Source: Candidatus Falkowbacteria bacterium CG1_02_37_21
GTDB taxonomy: Bacteria > Patescibacteriota > Patescibacteriia > Patescibacteriales > UBA12465
DNA: 53,442 nt
Assembly (NCBI GenBank): GCA_001871165.1
Contig: MNUT01000017.1
Coordinates: 1-53,442 of the forward strand
Direction: 5' to 3'
Shown piece by piece: positions 35,363-45,035 of this stretch. A model generated the notes under the pieces. It saw only the letters and a list, made by a program, of their open reading frames with translations. It ran no database searches and was not told the DNA's origin. The translations under genes and the position numbers were made by a program. Position 1 is the stretch's first letter, and every line of letters begins with the position of its first letter.

Positions 35363-37849
35363 ATGACAGCAATTTTTTCTAATTTTTCGGAATTGTTGAT
35401 TTATTTAATAATAATAATCATCGCCTTTTTTTTGGTGGTGGCATTTTTAACTTTTTTCCGTTGGTTTTTATCTCGTCGTTCTTATGATAGTCACCAAGTG
35501 TTTCTAGTACGTTTACCTAAAGAGAAATCAGACGATGAAAAGAAAGAATTTGGTGAGCAATTGTTAAAAGAAGAAATCGCTAAAGGGGAAACGCTGTTTG
35601 CGGCCGTAGGAGGTTTGCCGGCAGAAAAGGGCTGGCGAGCTTGGTTCTTTGGACGTCGCGATCAATTTTCTTTTGAAATAGTAGCTAGTGCTAATCGCAT
35701 TGCTTTTTATGTTGTAGCCCCACCTAACAGCGCTCGTTATCTAGAACAACAGATTAACGCTTATTACCCAGAAGCTTTAATTGAGGAAGTAAGTGATTAT
35801 AATGCCTTTAGTCGTGAGGGACAAATTGCCGCGGCTTCTTTAAAAACTATCAAAAATTCTGTTTTTCCGATTAAAACTTATCAGAAGATGGCGGTTGATC
35901 CCATGAATTCTTTAATTAATGTTTTATCAAAATTAGAAAAAGAAGAGAGTTTAGCGGTTCAGTACACGGTCCGAAGCGCTCGTGGTTCTTGGCATAGCCG
36001 CAGTCGTCGTATTGTTAATAAAATAAATCAAAAAAATTCGGTAAAAGAGGGTTTGCGCTCGGCTAGTACTTTAGGAATTTTTTTGGATTTTTTTCATGGT
36101 TTACAGCCGGAAAAAAGTCGTTCAGAAAATAATCGAGACTTCGTTCAAGAGAGAGCTAATAAAAAACTATCGGCAGTGGAGGAAGAAATTTTGAAGTCAA
36201 TTGAGGAAAAGAATTTGAAGGCCGGATTAGATGTTAATATCAGAATTATTTCTTGTGCTAAAACCAAGGAAAGAGCTAAAGCTTATTTAGAGAATATTGG
36301 AAGTGTTTATACCGAGTATAATAATTATAGTTACGGCAACGTATTTTCCCGCGTTAAGTTTTCTAATATGGAACGGACTATACATGATTTTATTTATCGC
36401 CGTTTTCGCGCTAGTGCTTCTTTTTTGTTAAATAGTGAAGAATTAGCCAGTCTATTTCATTTTCCTTTGCGAACCACGGAAACGCCTAATATTTTATGGT
36501 TAACGGCTAAAACCGCGCCGGCGCCAGCTGAAGTGCCAGACGAAGGAATATCTTTGGGTAAGAATACTTATCGTGGTGTTCACAAAGAAATTCGGATGAA
36601 ACGTGCCGACCGGAGACGTCATAGTTATATTATTGGTAAATCTGGTACCGGTAAATCTGTTTTGTTAGCTAACATGGCTATTCAAGATATTCAAAACGGT
36701 GAAGGTGTTTGTGTTATTGATCCGCACGGTGATTTGATTGGTGATATTCTTGATCGTTTACCGACAGAGAGATTGGATGATGTGATAATATTTTCTCCGG
36801 CCGACTTGGAGCGACCTTTAGCTTTAAACCTATTAGATTACGATCCGCGTTATCCGGAACAAAAAAGTTTTGTCATTAATGAGATGATTGGTATCTTTGA
36901 TAAATTGTATGATTTGAAAGCTACTGGTGGGCCGATGTTTGAGCAATACATGCGTAATGCCATGTTGTTAATCATGGATGACCCAGAATCCGGTTCTACT
37001 TTAATGGAAATTCCTAAAGTTTTAGCCGATGAAGATTTTCGTCGCTTTAAACTTAGTCGTTGTCACAACCAGACCGTAGTGGACTTTTGGCGTAAAGAAG
37101 CGGAAAAGGCGGGCGGGGAAGCCGCTTTAGCCAATATTGTCCCTTATATTACCTCCAAACTTACCTCCTTTATTTCTAACGACATGATGCGTCCAATAAT
37201 TGGTCAGCAAAAAAGTGCTTTCAATTTACGAGAAGTAATGGACAAACAAAAAATTTTATTGGTAGACTTACCAAAAGGCTTAGTCGGAGAAATGAATGCT
37301 TATTTGCTGGGCATGATTTTAGTCGGTAAAATCTTGATGGCGGCTTTATCGCGCGCGGATGCTCCCGCCGAATCACGTAAAGATTTTTATTTGTATATTG
37401 ATGAATTTCAAAATTTTACCACCAATTCTATCTGTCAGGTTTTATCAGAAGCACGTAAATATGCTCTGAATTTAATTATTGCTCATCAGTACATCGGACA
37501 ATTAAGTAAAGGACAAAATACGGAAATAAAGGATGCGGTATTTGGCAACGTCGGAACTTTTGTGAATTTTAAGGTAGGAGCGGAAGATGCGGAATTTTTA
37601 ATTAAAGAATTTGAACCGGTTTTCAGTGAATATGATTTAATTAATGTTGATAAAGGAACGGCCTATATTAAATTACTAGTAGATAACAGCACTTTACGAC
37701 CATTTTCCTTGCAAACAATTTGGCCTTTACTGGGAGTTAAACAGGAAGGTTTAGCTGCCAGAGTTCGTTCCTTAAGTCGTTTAAAATATGGCCAAAATGT
37801 TCGTTTAGTAGAAGCGGAGATTAGTCGCCGCGCCGCCCTTAAACTTTAA
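35363..37849 (+). CDS. Membrane-anchored FtsK/HerA-superfamily ATPase resembling type IV secretion coupling proteins (TraD/VirD4/TraG-like C-terminus)
   Basis: N-terminal TM LIYLIIIIIAFFLVVAFLTFF. Walker A IIGKSGTGKSVLL (36635-36658 encodes GKSGTGKS). Walker B DFYLYIDEFQNF, followed by ARKYALNLIIAHQYIGQL, typical of T4CP/TraG-D C-terminal domains. Confidence 0.7.
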   Translation: MTAIFSNFSELLIYLIIIIIAFFLVVAFLTFFRWFLSRRSYDSHQVFLVRLPKEKSDDEKKEFGEQLLKEEIAKGETLFAAVGGLPAEKGWRAWFFGRRDQFSFEIVASANRIAFYVVAPPNSARYLEQQINAYYPEALIEEVSDYNAFSREGQIAAASLKTIKNSVFPIKTYQKMAVDPMNSLINVLSKLEKEESLAVQYTVRSARGSWHSRSRRIVNKINQKNSVKEGLRSASTLGIFLDFFHGLQPEKSRSENNRDFVQERANKKLSAVEEEILKSIEEKNLKAGLDVNIRIISCAKTKERAKAYLENIGSVYTEYNNYSYGNVFSRVKFSNMERTIHDFIYRRFRASASFLLNSEELASLFHFPLRTTETPNILWLTAKTAPAPAEVPDEGISLGKNTYRGVHKEIRMKRADRRRHSYIIGKSGTGKSVLLANMAIQDIQNGEGVCVIDPHGDLIGDILDRLPTERLDDVIIFSPADLERPLALNLLDYDPRYPEQKSFVINEMIGIFDKLYDLKATGGPMFEQYMRNAMLLIMDDPESGSTLMEIPKVLADEDFRRFKLSRCHNQTVVDFWRKEAEKAGGEAALANIVPYITSKLTSFISNDMMRPIIGQQKSAFNLREVMDKQKILLVDLPKGLVGEMNAYLLGMILVGKILMAALSRADAPAESRKDFYLYIDEFQNFTTNSICQVLSEARKYALNLIIAHQYIGQLSKGQNTEIKDAVFGNVGTFVNFKVGAEDAEFLIKEFEPVFSEYDLINVDKGTAYIKLLVDNSTLRPFSLQTIWPLLGVKQEGLAARVRSLSRLKYGQNVRLVEAEISRRAALKL

Positions 37850-37852
37850 ATT

Positions 37853-39595
37853 ATGCCTACTTTATATCGTGATTATCGTCCTCAAACTTTTGCTGAAGTG
37901 TTGGGACAAAACCATGTTAAAATAACTTTACAAAATGAGATATCTGCTGGTCGCCCGGCTTCGTCTTATCTCTTTTGTGGTCCGCGCGCGGTAGGAAAAA
38001 CTACTTTGGCGCGAGTTTTATCTAAGTCATTAAATTGCGAAAAACGAAAAAAGGGAGACATAGAACCTTGTAATAATTGTCCGAGTTGTCGTAGTATAAC
38101 CAGTGGACAAAATTTAGACGTGGTGGAAATTGATGCGGCCTCCAATACTGGTGTTGATAATGTTAGGGAAAATATTATTTCCTTCGCTCGTTTAGCCCCG
38201 GCCGGAGAAAAATTTAAGGTTTTTATTATTGATGAAGTGCATATGCTGTCTACTTCTGCCTTTAATGCTTTATTAAAAACTATTGAGGAACCACCAGCTT
38301 ACGTAATCTTCATCCTGTGTACGACGGAGATTCAAAAAGTTCCCACTACTATTATTTCACGTTGTGAACGTTTTGATTTTAAGCGTATCAGCTCTAAAGA
38401 AATAGTAAAAAAATTATCCATCATTGCTACGGCGGAAAAAATTAAAATAGCCCCCTCGGTTCTGACTGATATTGCTCGTTTATCGGGTGGACATTTGCGT
38501 GACGCGGAAAGTTTACTGGGCCAAGTTTTTTCTTTAGGCGATAAAGAAGTAACTAGTGAACAGGCGGAATTAGTTATTCCTCATTATAATAGTTTGGAGG
38601 CAGTTAGTCTTTTAGATTATTTAAATAAGCATGATGCGGCTAAGGCTTTATCTTTAATAAATACTTTGGTTGATAGCGGGGTTAACGTGAAAGTATTTAT
38701 TAATGAAATAATTGCTTTGCTTCGTAAAGTTATGTTGGGAAAAGTAAATCCGGAGTTAGAAACAACCTTAGGCTTAGGACTGGATGATGAGCTAGAAAAA
38801 CGTTTGGGACAAGTCGCGGTTGATTTAGATTGGTTAGATATTTTTTTGTTCACTCGTCGTTTCTTAGAAGCCGCTAGTGATAATAAAAGCCCCTTGATAC
38901 CGCAACTGCCCTTAGAATTAGCGGTAGCAGAGCTTTGTTTAGGCTCTAAGACCACTATCGTCACTAGTTCTTCTCCTAAGCAATTGCCACCGACCCCAAC
39001 CACAAAAAGTAATAATATTTTTAGTCGAACTGATGCGTCTAAGTTAAGTCAGCCAATAAATAAAGAAAATAAGAATAAGTCTGAGATTATATCTGCGGCC
39101 ACTAAAAAAGAAAAAATTTTTCCGTCCGGAGAATCTTTTAACTTGAGTTTATCGGAAGTAATGGAAAAATGGCCGGAGTTCTTGATAAAAATTAGAAAAA
39201 ATAATCATTCTTTATCTTTTGTATTACAAAGTTGTCAGCCTTGTGCCATAGCTAACGGGGAATTGAGTTTAACTTTTAAATATAAATTTCATTTAGACAG
39301 AGTTAACGATCCTAACATAAAGATTTTAGTGGTTCAGGCCGCAGCGGAAGTTTTTGGTTTAGCTTTAAAAATTAATGCTATTTTAGACGAGAATTTAGAA
39401 ATTAATAAAGAGGAGAAGAGAAAAAAATTAACAGATAGTGTTGATAATGATATAAATGTAGCAGAGGTTTCCGCTGCGATTAAAGATGAAGATAGACAAA
39501 GCCCTGCTGCGGTTCAGGCAGAGTTAATCACGAAAAAAAGCGGTGGATCCTTGGGTAATATTTTAAAAACTTTTGGTGGTGAAATTATTAATTAA
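37853..39595 (+). CDS. dnaX: DNA polymerase III subunit gamma/tau
   Basis: FCGPRAVGKTT Walker A, Zn module CNNCPSC, IIDEVHMLS, SRCERFDF. Confidence 0.92.
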   Translation: MPTLYRDYRPQTFAEVLGQNHVKITLQNEISAGRPASSYLFCGPRAVGKTTLARVLSKSLNCEKRKKGDIEPCNNCPSCRSITSGQNLDVVEIDAASNTGVDNVRENIISFARLAPAGEKFKVFIIDEVHMLSTSAFNALLKTIEEPPAYVIFILCTTEIQKVPTTIISRCERFDFKRISSKEIVKKLSIIATAEKIKIAPSVLTDIARLSGGHLRDAESLLGQVFSLGDKEVTSEQAELVIPHYNSLEAVSLLDYLNKHDAAKALSLINTLVDSGVNVKVFINEIIALLRKVMLGKVNPELETTLGLGLDDELEKRLGQVAVDLDWLDIFLFTRRFLEAASDNKSPLIPQLPLELAVAELCLGSKTTIVTSSSPKQLPPTPTTKSNNIFSRTDASKLSQPINKENKNKSEIISAATKKEKIFPSGESFNLSLSEVMEKWPEFLIKIRKNNHSLSFVLQSCQPCAIANGELSLTFKYKFHLDRVNDPNIKILVVQAAAEVFGLALKINAILDENLEINKEEKRKKLTDSVDNDINVAEVSAAIKDEDRQSPAAVQAELITKKSGGSLGNILKTFGGEIIN

Positions 39596-39602
39596 TAATT
39601 CT

Positions 39603-40859
39603 ATGTTAGACATTAAACTAATACGTGACAATCTGGCAGAAGTAAAGACTGGCCTCTTGAAAAGAATGGCGGCGGATAAATTAGATTTAGAAAGTATTAT
39701 TCGTTTGGACGACGAACGACGTGTTTTAATTGGTCAAGTAGAGGCGTCCCAAAATAAACGTAATCAAGCCTCTAAAACCAAACCGACACCTGAGGTTATA
39801 TTGGCTATGAAAACATTGGGGACCGAGCTTAAAGATTTACAAAATAAATTAGCCGAGGTTGAAACGGACTTAAATACCCGCTTATCCGAGTTACCTAATA
39901 TACCGGCCGTGGATGTGGTCGCTGGCGGCAAAGAAAATAATGAAGTCATATTTACTTATGGCAAAAAACCTAAATTTGATTTTGCTCCTAAAAATCACGT
40001 AGATTTAGCGACGTCTTTAGATATTATTGACTACGAACGAGGGGTAAAAATCGCTGGTAACGGATTTTGGTGCTACAAAGGAGTAGGAGCTCTTTTAGAA
40101 TGGGCTTTACTATCATATTTTATTGAATATCACACAAAAAATGGCTATCAGTTTTTAATTCCACCCTTCATGTTGACGGAAAAATGTGCTTATATCTCCG
40201 GTCATTTGCCTAAATTTCGAGATGATTTATTTTGGACACAAGATGGTTTGTGTCTAAATGCTACTAGCGAAATGATGTTAGGTAATTATCATCGCGAAGA
40301 AATTTTGGCAGCGGAAGATTTGCCTTTAAAATATTTTGCTTATTCGCCTTGTTTCCGTCGTGAAGCTGGCAGCTATCGTCAAGAAGAACGGGGTATGATT
40401 CGTGGTCATCAATTTAACAAAGTTGAAATGTTTATTTTTTCGCCCGCAGAAAAATCTTGGGAAATGTTTGCCGAGTTAGTATCCCACTCTAAAAAATTAA
40501 TGGAGGGTTTAGATTTACATTTTCAAATATCTAAATTAGCCGCTGAAGATTGTAGTGCCGCCATGGCTAAAACCTATGACGTAGAAGTATTTATTCCTAG
40601 TATGGAAATTTATAAAGAGGTTAGTAGCGCTTCCAATGCTTTAGATTATCAGGCTCGACGCGGACAGACCCGTTATAAAAATCAAGCTAGCGGTAAAATG
40701 GAATTTGTTCATACTTTAAATGCTTCCGGCTTGGCCACCAGTCGTATTTTACCGGCAATTTTAGAACAAAATCAACAAAAAGACGGTTCTGTTAAAATTC
40801 CTAAAGTTTTACTAAAATATTTGCCGCGAGGCTTGAAGCTTATTAAAGCGCTCAGTTAG
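39603..40859 (+). CDS. serS: Seryl-tRNA synthetase
   Basis: N-terminal coiled-coil MLDIKLIRDN, class II motif 2 CFRREAGS, motif 3 GSGLATSR-like NASGLATSRILPAILE. I set the start at ATG 39603, which lies after the dnaX stop. Confidence 0.92.
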   Translation: MLDIKLIRDNLAEVKTGLLKRMAADKLDLESIIRLDDERRVLIGQVEASQNKRNQASKTKPTPEVILAMKTLGTELKDLQNKLAEVETDLNTRLSELPNIPAVDVVAGGKENNEVIFTYGKKPKFDFAPKNHVDLATSLDIIDYERGVKIAGNGFWCYKGVGALLEWALLSYFIEYHTKNGYQFLIPPFMLTEKCAYISGHLPKFRDDLFWTQDGLCLNATSEMMLGNYHREEILAAEDLPLKYFAYSPCFRREAGSYRQEERGMIRGHQFNKVEMFIFSPAEKSWEMFAELVSHSKKLMEGLDLHFQISKLAAEDCSAAMAKTYDVEVFIPSMEIYKEVSSASNALDYQARRGQTRYKNQASGKMEFVHTLNASGLATSRILPAILEQNQQKDGSVKIPKVLLKYLPRGLKLIKALS

Positions 40860-40881
40860 TTATTAATATTTGTAGTAAAAC

Positions 40882-42888
40882 ATGAAAAAATTACTCTTAC
40901 TAATTTTAATTCTAATTTTCTTTTTTCCTAATCTGGTTCAGGCGCTAGAGTTGAATGATACTTATCCGCGTCTAGCTAATTATTTTCTAAAAACGGAAAT
41001 TAGTGACCAAGAAGCAACCGATTTAGCAAAATGGGATTTATTAATTTTAAACATGGAAACGCAAGAAAGCAGTCCTGAGCAGATTTTAAAGATTCGTTCT
41101 CTTAATTCTAAAATAATAATGGTCGCTTATATAGGTTCTCAAGAGATTGTTTCTAATCCGGCTTTTATTGGAGGCTTACGTGCTCTTTTAGGGGCCAGCC
41201 TAAACGATTCTTGGTGGCTGAGAGATGAACAAGGAAATAAAATTTCTAATTGGCCAGGAACTTATATGTTAAATATTTCTGATCAGACTGGTATTAATAA
41301 TAATGGTCAACACTGGAATGATTATTTAGTGGATTTTGTGGTTAATGAAATTAAAAGTAGTAATTTATGGGACGGAGTATTTTATGACAATGTTTGGGGG
41401 GACATTAGTTGGCTTAATGGAGGAAATATTGATATTAATAATGATGGACAACGCGACAACGCTTCATTCATGAATGATGCCTGGTCGAAAGGTATGAAAA
41501 AAATATTTGATAAGACAAGAGAAAAAGTTGGCCCAAATTTTATTGTCCTAGCTAATGGTCAGGCCTATGCTGACTTTTTTTCACATTTTAATGGTTTAAT
41601 GTTAGAAAGATTTCCCGCGCCTTGGGATAATGGCGGTACCTGGAAAGGCTCTATTAAAGTTTACTCTAGTTTATCGTCTTTACATTTGGCTCCATCTTTA
41701 CCAATTTTGAATGTGACTGATAAAGATCAAACTAACTATCGTCATTTTCGTTTTGGCCTCACCAGTGCCTTACTAGGTGATGGTTTTTATAGTTTTGATT
41801 ATGATATAACTGATCACGGGCAAACTTGGTGGTATGATGAATATAATTGGCAATTAGGTAATGCTAAGTCTAGTCCTTATAATCTATTAGCCCCCACAAC
41901 AGCCGCCGCCGATAATATCAGGATTGAGCCGGGTTTATGGCGTCGTGACTTTGCTAATGGCTTAGCTATAATTAATTCCACCGACAGTAAGCAAACTTAT
42001 ATATTTTCTCAAGAAGACGTGGAAAAAATTAAAGGCACTCAAGATATAACGGTCAACAATGGACAAAAAATAAATTATATCCAATTGCAGCCGCAAGATG
42101 GGGTAATTTTATTAAAAACTAATACCACGATAGAAAACAGTGCCTTCACTAACGGTTATTTTTTTCGTTATTTTAATGGTCAGGGCGAACAAATTCGTAA
42201 CGGATTTTTTCCTTTTATTAAATCTTTATCCGGTGAATCAGAAGTAATTGTAGCTAATCCCGGCAACAAAATTTTAAACGCCGACAGTGGTCAACTAAGC
42301 TTAAGTCAGAATGGAACTAAAATTTGGACAGCCTGGCCTTTTACTAAAAATTATAAAAAGAAATTGAGTTTGGCGGCGAAAGTTGACGGAGGAAATTTCC
42401 CCATCATTATTACCGGCGCTGGTCCGGGTGGCGGTCCACAAGTGCAAATTTTTAATAATCAAGGAAAATTAGTCGGCAGCTTTTTCGCTTATGATAAAAA
42501 CTTACGTTGCGGTGTTAATGTCGCCCTAGCTGATTTAGATGGTGACGGACAAATGGAAATAATTACTGGTCCGGGGCCCGGTACAGAACCTCAAGTTAAA
42601 GTTTTTTCTCTAAATGGTCAGCTAAAAAGTAGTTTTTTAGCTTATGACGTTAAAATGCGGGGTGGCATTAACGTTACGGCCGGTGATTTAAGTGGTGATG
42701 GTATTTCCGAAATTATTACTGCTCCGGCTAGCGCGGGTGGTCCTCAAGTTAGAATTTTTTCTGAGAGTGGTCGTGTTTTAGGAGGATTTTTTGCTTATGA
42801 TAAAAATTATCATGGTGGCTTAAAAGTAACAGTAGCTGACGATTCCGGTCAAGCTGCTATTTTAGTCGGTTTGAAGAATTTTTATTAA
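40882..42888 (+). CDS. Secreted protein: N-terminal putative glycoside-hydrolase-like TIM-barrel domain plus C-terminal FG-GAP/VCBS-type repeats
   Basis: Signal peptide MKKLLLLILILIFFFPNLVQA. N-terminal region (YPRLANYF...WDLLIL...) resembles uncharacterised GH-like families; this is a tentative recollection. Three C-terminal repeats carry DLDGDGQMEI / GDLSGDGISEI Ca-binding-like loops. Confidence 0.6.
   Translation: MKKLLLLILILIFFFPNLVQALELNDTYPRLANYFLKTEISDQEATDLAKWDLLILNMETQESSPEQILKIRSLNSKIIMVAYIGSQEIVSNPAFIGGLRALLGASLNDSWWLRDEQGNKISNWPGTYMLNISDQTGINNNGQHWNDYLVDFVVNEIKSSNLWDGVFYDNVWGDISWLNGGNIDINNDGQRDNASFMNDAWSKGMKKIFDKTREKVGPNFIVLANGQAYADFFSHFNGLMLERFPAPWDNGGTWKGSIKVYSSLSSLHLAPSLPILNVTDKDQTNYRHFRFGLTSALLGDGFYSFDYDITDHGQTWWYDEYNWQLGNAKSSPYNLLAPTTAAADNIRIEPGLWRRDFANGLAIINSTDSKQTYIFSQEDVEKIKGTQDITVNNGQKINYIQLQPQDGVILLKTNTTIENSAFTNGYFFRYFNGQGEQIRNGFFPFIKSLSGESEVIVANPGNKILNADSGQLSLSQNGTKIWTAWPFTKNYKKKLSLAAKVDGGNFPIIITGAGPGGGPQVQIFNNQGKLVGSFFAYDKNLRCGVNVALADLDGDGQMEIITGPGPGTEPQVKVFSLNGQLKSSFLAYDVKMRGGINVTAGDLSGDGISEIITAPASAGGPQVRIFSESGRVLGGFFAYDKNYHGGLKVTVADDSGQAAILVGLKNFY
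42430..42870 (+). repeat. Three tandem repeats of about 49 aa, FG-GAP-like, coding
   Basis: GGPQVQIF...ADLDGDGQMEIITGPGP / GTEPQVKVF...AGDLSGDGISEIITAPAS / AGGPQVRIF...VADDSGQAAILVG (aa 517-663). Confidence 0.75.
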
Positions 42889-42906
42889 TAAATTAATTAT
42901 TAATAT

Positions 42907-43956
42907 ATGATTAAAATTATTCATCGTTATCTGCGGGGCCGCTGGGAAAGATATTATTTTAAAAGTCATTGGCATTTTATTTTAGATTTTACCTTATTGT
43001 CGCTGATTGTAGTTCTGGTTGCTAGTTTAGTAAGTTTATATTTTTATAAACCAAATTTACCCGGTCTTGGTACCTACTATCCTCATAGCGTTAACTTAAA
43101 TAATCCACCCCTGGATCTACAATTTAAATCTGAAGCAAAATCTTTTCGGACTAATGAAGGGATTGATCTTAAAATAATTTATAACAACAAGGCGACAATT
43201 GCTGTCAAAAATCTTGAAATTGATTTCACTCCGCTTGATGATAATTTTTATGTAGCGAAAGTAGAAACCGAGTCCGAATCTGCAGCCGTTATCCAGGGGC
43301 AAACTTTAATAATAAATCAAATTCCGGCCGGTGCTAGCGGGGAAGTAGATATTAAAATCAGTTTTAACAGTAAAAATAAGGGGTTACGTCAGTTAACCTG
43401 GCGCACTAATAGTTCTTATAGTCTGGCGGGACAAATTTTAACGGCAACTTACAGTCTACCTTTAGTAATAGTAGCCGCTGATCTGCATGTCCAAAGTTAT
43501 GCTTATTACACTAGTCCTCAGGGTGACCAACTAGGTACTGGCCCGATACCGCCAATCGTTGGTTTGCCGACCAATTATTGGATTTTTTGGGAAGCACGTA
43601 GTACGGATGATTTTAGTAATTTAGTTTTAAGCGCTCGTCTACCGCAAGGAGTAGAACTTAGCCAGCGGCAATCACTTTTAGCTGGAGATTTTAATTATAA
43701 TGCTGACGCCAGACAATTAATATGGAAAATACCAGTACTAAAAGGACAAGATGACAATTATCGTTTGGGTTTTGAAGTACAACTTATTCCTACTGTTGCA
43801 CAGACAGATAAAATACTTAATTTAATTAATGATTTTAGATATTCCGCCCAAGATACTGCGACTGAAGAAATTATTACCGGCACTTTAGGGCCTCTAACAA
43901 CTAATTTGAGTGATGACCATTTTAATTCAGGTCGGGGTAAGGTATTAGCTCAATAA
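42907..43956 (+). CDS. Hypothetical single-pass membrane protein with beta-rich (CARDB/DUF11-like) ectodomain
   Basis: TM FILDFTLLSLIVVLVASLVSLYFY. Ectodomain segments such as IPAGASGEVDIKISF are typical of Ig-like adhesin or cell-surface folds. The assignment is tentative. Confidence 0.5.
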   Translation: MIKIIHRYLRGRWERYYFKSHWHFILDFTLLSLIVVLVASLVSLYFYKPNLPGLGTYYPHSVNLNNPPLDLQFKSEAKSFRTNEGIDLKIIYNNKATIAVKNLEIDFTPLDDNFYVAKVETESESAAVIQGQTLIINQIPAGASGEVDIKISFNSKNKGLRQLTWRTNSSYSLAGQILTATYSLPLVIVAADLHVQSYAYYTSPQGDQLGTGPIPPIVGLPTNYWIFWEARSTDDFSNLVLSARLPQGVELSQRQSLLAGDFNYNADARQLIWKIPVLKGQDDNYRLGFEVQLIPTVAQTDKILNLINDFRYSAQDTATEEIITGTLGPLTTNLSDDHFNSGRGKVLAQ

Positions 43957-43961
43957 TTTTA

Positions 43962-44828
43962 ATGAACATGTTTAAGAACGCTTGTTATAAAAAAATAAAA
44001 AAAGATTACCAGCATAAAAATCTAAAAAATCCTTTTTTTCGAAGACCTAAATCTGATAAACCAAAATATATCACAAAGCTTTATGTGACAGGTGGAATTT
44101 TAGCTTTTATTTTGCTATTTTGGTTTTTATTTTTTTCATTTTTTTGGAACTGGGACAAGGTTACTATTGAAGGTTTAACTTGCTTGCCAGCCGCAGAAAT
44201 AGAAAAAATAGTCTTAGAACAGGGAAGTGAGTCTCGTTGGTTATTTTTTAAGCAGAGTAATATTTTTATTTTTGACGATAAAAGTGTAATAAAAAAAATT
44301 ACTGATAATTATAATTTTGCTGGCTTAGACATAAAAAAAACTTGGCCCCGTACTATTACCGTAAAAATCAGTGAACGCCCTTATTCTTTTATTTGGCAAG
44401 AGGGAAGTGATTTGTTTTATGCTTCGAGTGACGCCTATGCCATTAAAGGACCAACAGTTAGCGACGAAGATCAAAAAAAATACCCTATTTTAGAAAATAA
44501 GACCGGACAAGCTCTTATTGGTAGTAGAGATAAAATTAATCTACAAGATGATTTTTTAGGTTTTTTTCTGGGATTAAATAATGAACTAAACGAACACCCG
44601 GAGCTTGAAGTAGAAAAATTTATAATTGATAGTGAATTTAATACTTTACAAGTTAAATTTTTAAACGGTCCAGTGGTTTATTTTAATACCAGAACAATGT
44701 CTACTGATCAGCTAACCAATTTCCTACTTGTCAAAAACGCCAAAATAAAGGATAATTTTAGTAAGACTAATTATATTGATTTGCGCTACGGCGATAAAAT
44801 ATTCATTAATCCGGAATTTAGTAATTAA
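43962..44828 (+). CDS. ftsQ: Cell division protein FtsQ/DivIB-like (POTRA domain)
   Basis: Basic N-terminus, one TM (ILAFILLFWFLFFSFFW), POTRA-like VTIEGLTCLPAAEIEKIV...IKKTWPRTITVKISERP. Confidence 0.7.
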   Translation: MNMFKNACYKKIKKDYQHKNLKNPFFRRPKSDKPKYITKLYVTGGILAFILLFWFLFFSFFWNWDKVTIEGLTCLPAAEIEKIVLEQGSESRWLFFKQSNIFIFDDKSVIKKITDNYNFAGLDIKKTWPRTITVKISERPYSFIWQEGSDLFYASSDAYAIKGPTVSDEDQKKYPILENKTGQALIGSRDKINLQDDFLGFFLGLNNELNEHPELEVEKFIIDSEFNTLQVKFLNGPVVYFNTRTMSTDQLTNFLLVKNAKIKDNFSKTNYIDLRYGDKIFINPEFSN

Positions 44829-44839
44829 AAAGTAAACAT

Positions 44840-44980
44840 ATGGAAGGATTTTTTAAATTTTTATTTTTTTTAGCAATACTAGTTTTTTCTATTACAAGCA
44901 TCGGAATATTTTTATTAATTGTTAAAATATTTTTATTATTCCAACCCCAAGTACACATTATGGGGTTAATTATCAGTTGA
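44840..44980 (+). CDS. Possible 46-aa hydrophobic peptide (below the ORF-track cutoff)
   Basis: ATG 44840 to TGA 44978-44980 encodes MEGFFKFLFFLAILVFSITSIGIFLLIVKIFLLFQPQVHIMGLIIS. It could equally be a chance ORF in T-rich DNA. Confidence 0.2.
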   Translation: MEGFFKFLFFLAILVFSITSIGIFLLIVKIFLLFQPQVHIMGLIIS

Positions 44981-45035
44981 ACTCTTGATTGCTAATAAAG
45001 GGGCTTTAATAAGCTTCTTTATTTTCTCTAGTTAT

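Noticed and set aside
38047-38053. In-frame A_AAA_AAG heptamer in dnaX (cgA AAA AAG), identical to the E. coli dnaX -1 frameshift slippery site.
   Set aside because: It lies at codon 65-67, inside the N-terminal ATPase/Zn module. A frameshift there would give a useless peptide rather than a gamma subunit. I saw no downstream stimulatory hairpin.
39421-39438. A second dnaX A-run (agA AAA AAA tta) where a -1 shift would read I-N-R and then hit TAG, superficially like gamma production.
   Set aside because: It would remove only the last 56 or so of 580 residues. A7 runs are common in this AT-rich DNA, and there is no SD-like stimulator upstream or hairpin downstream.
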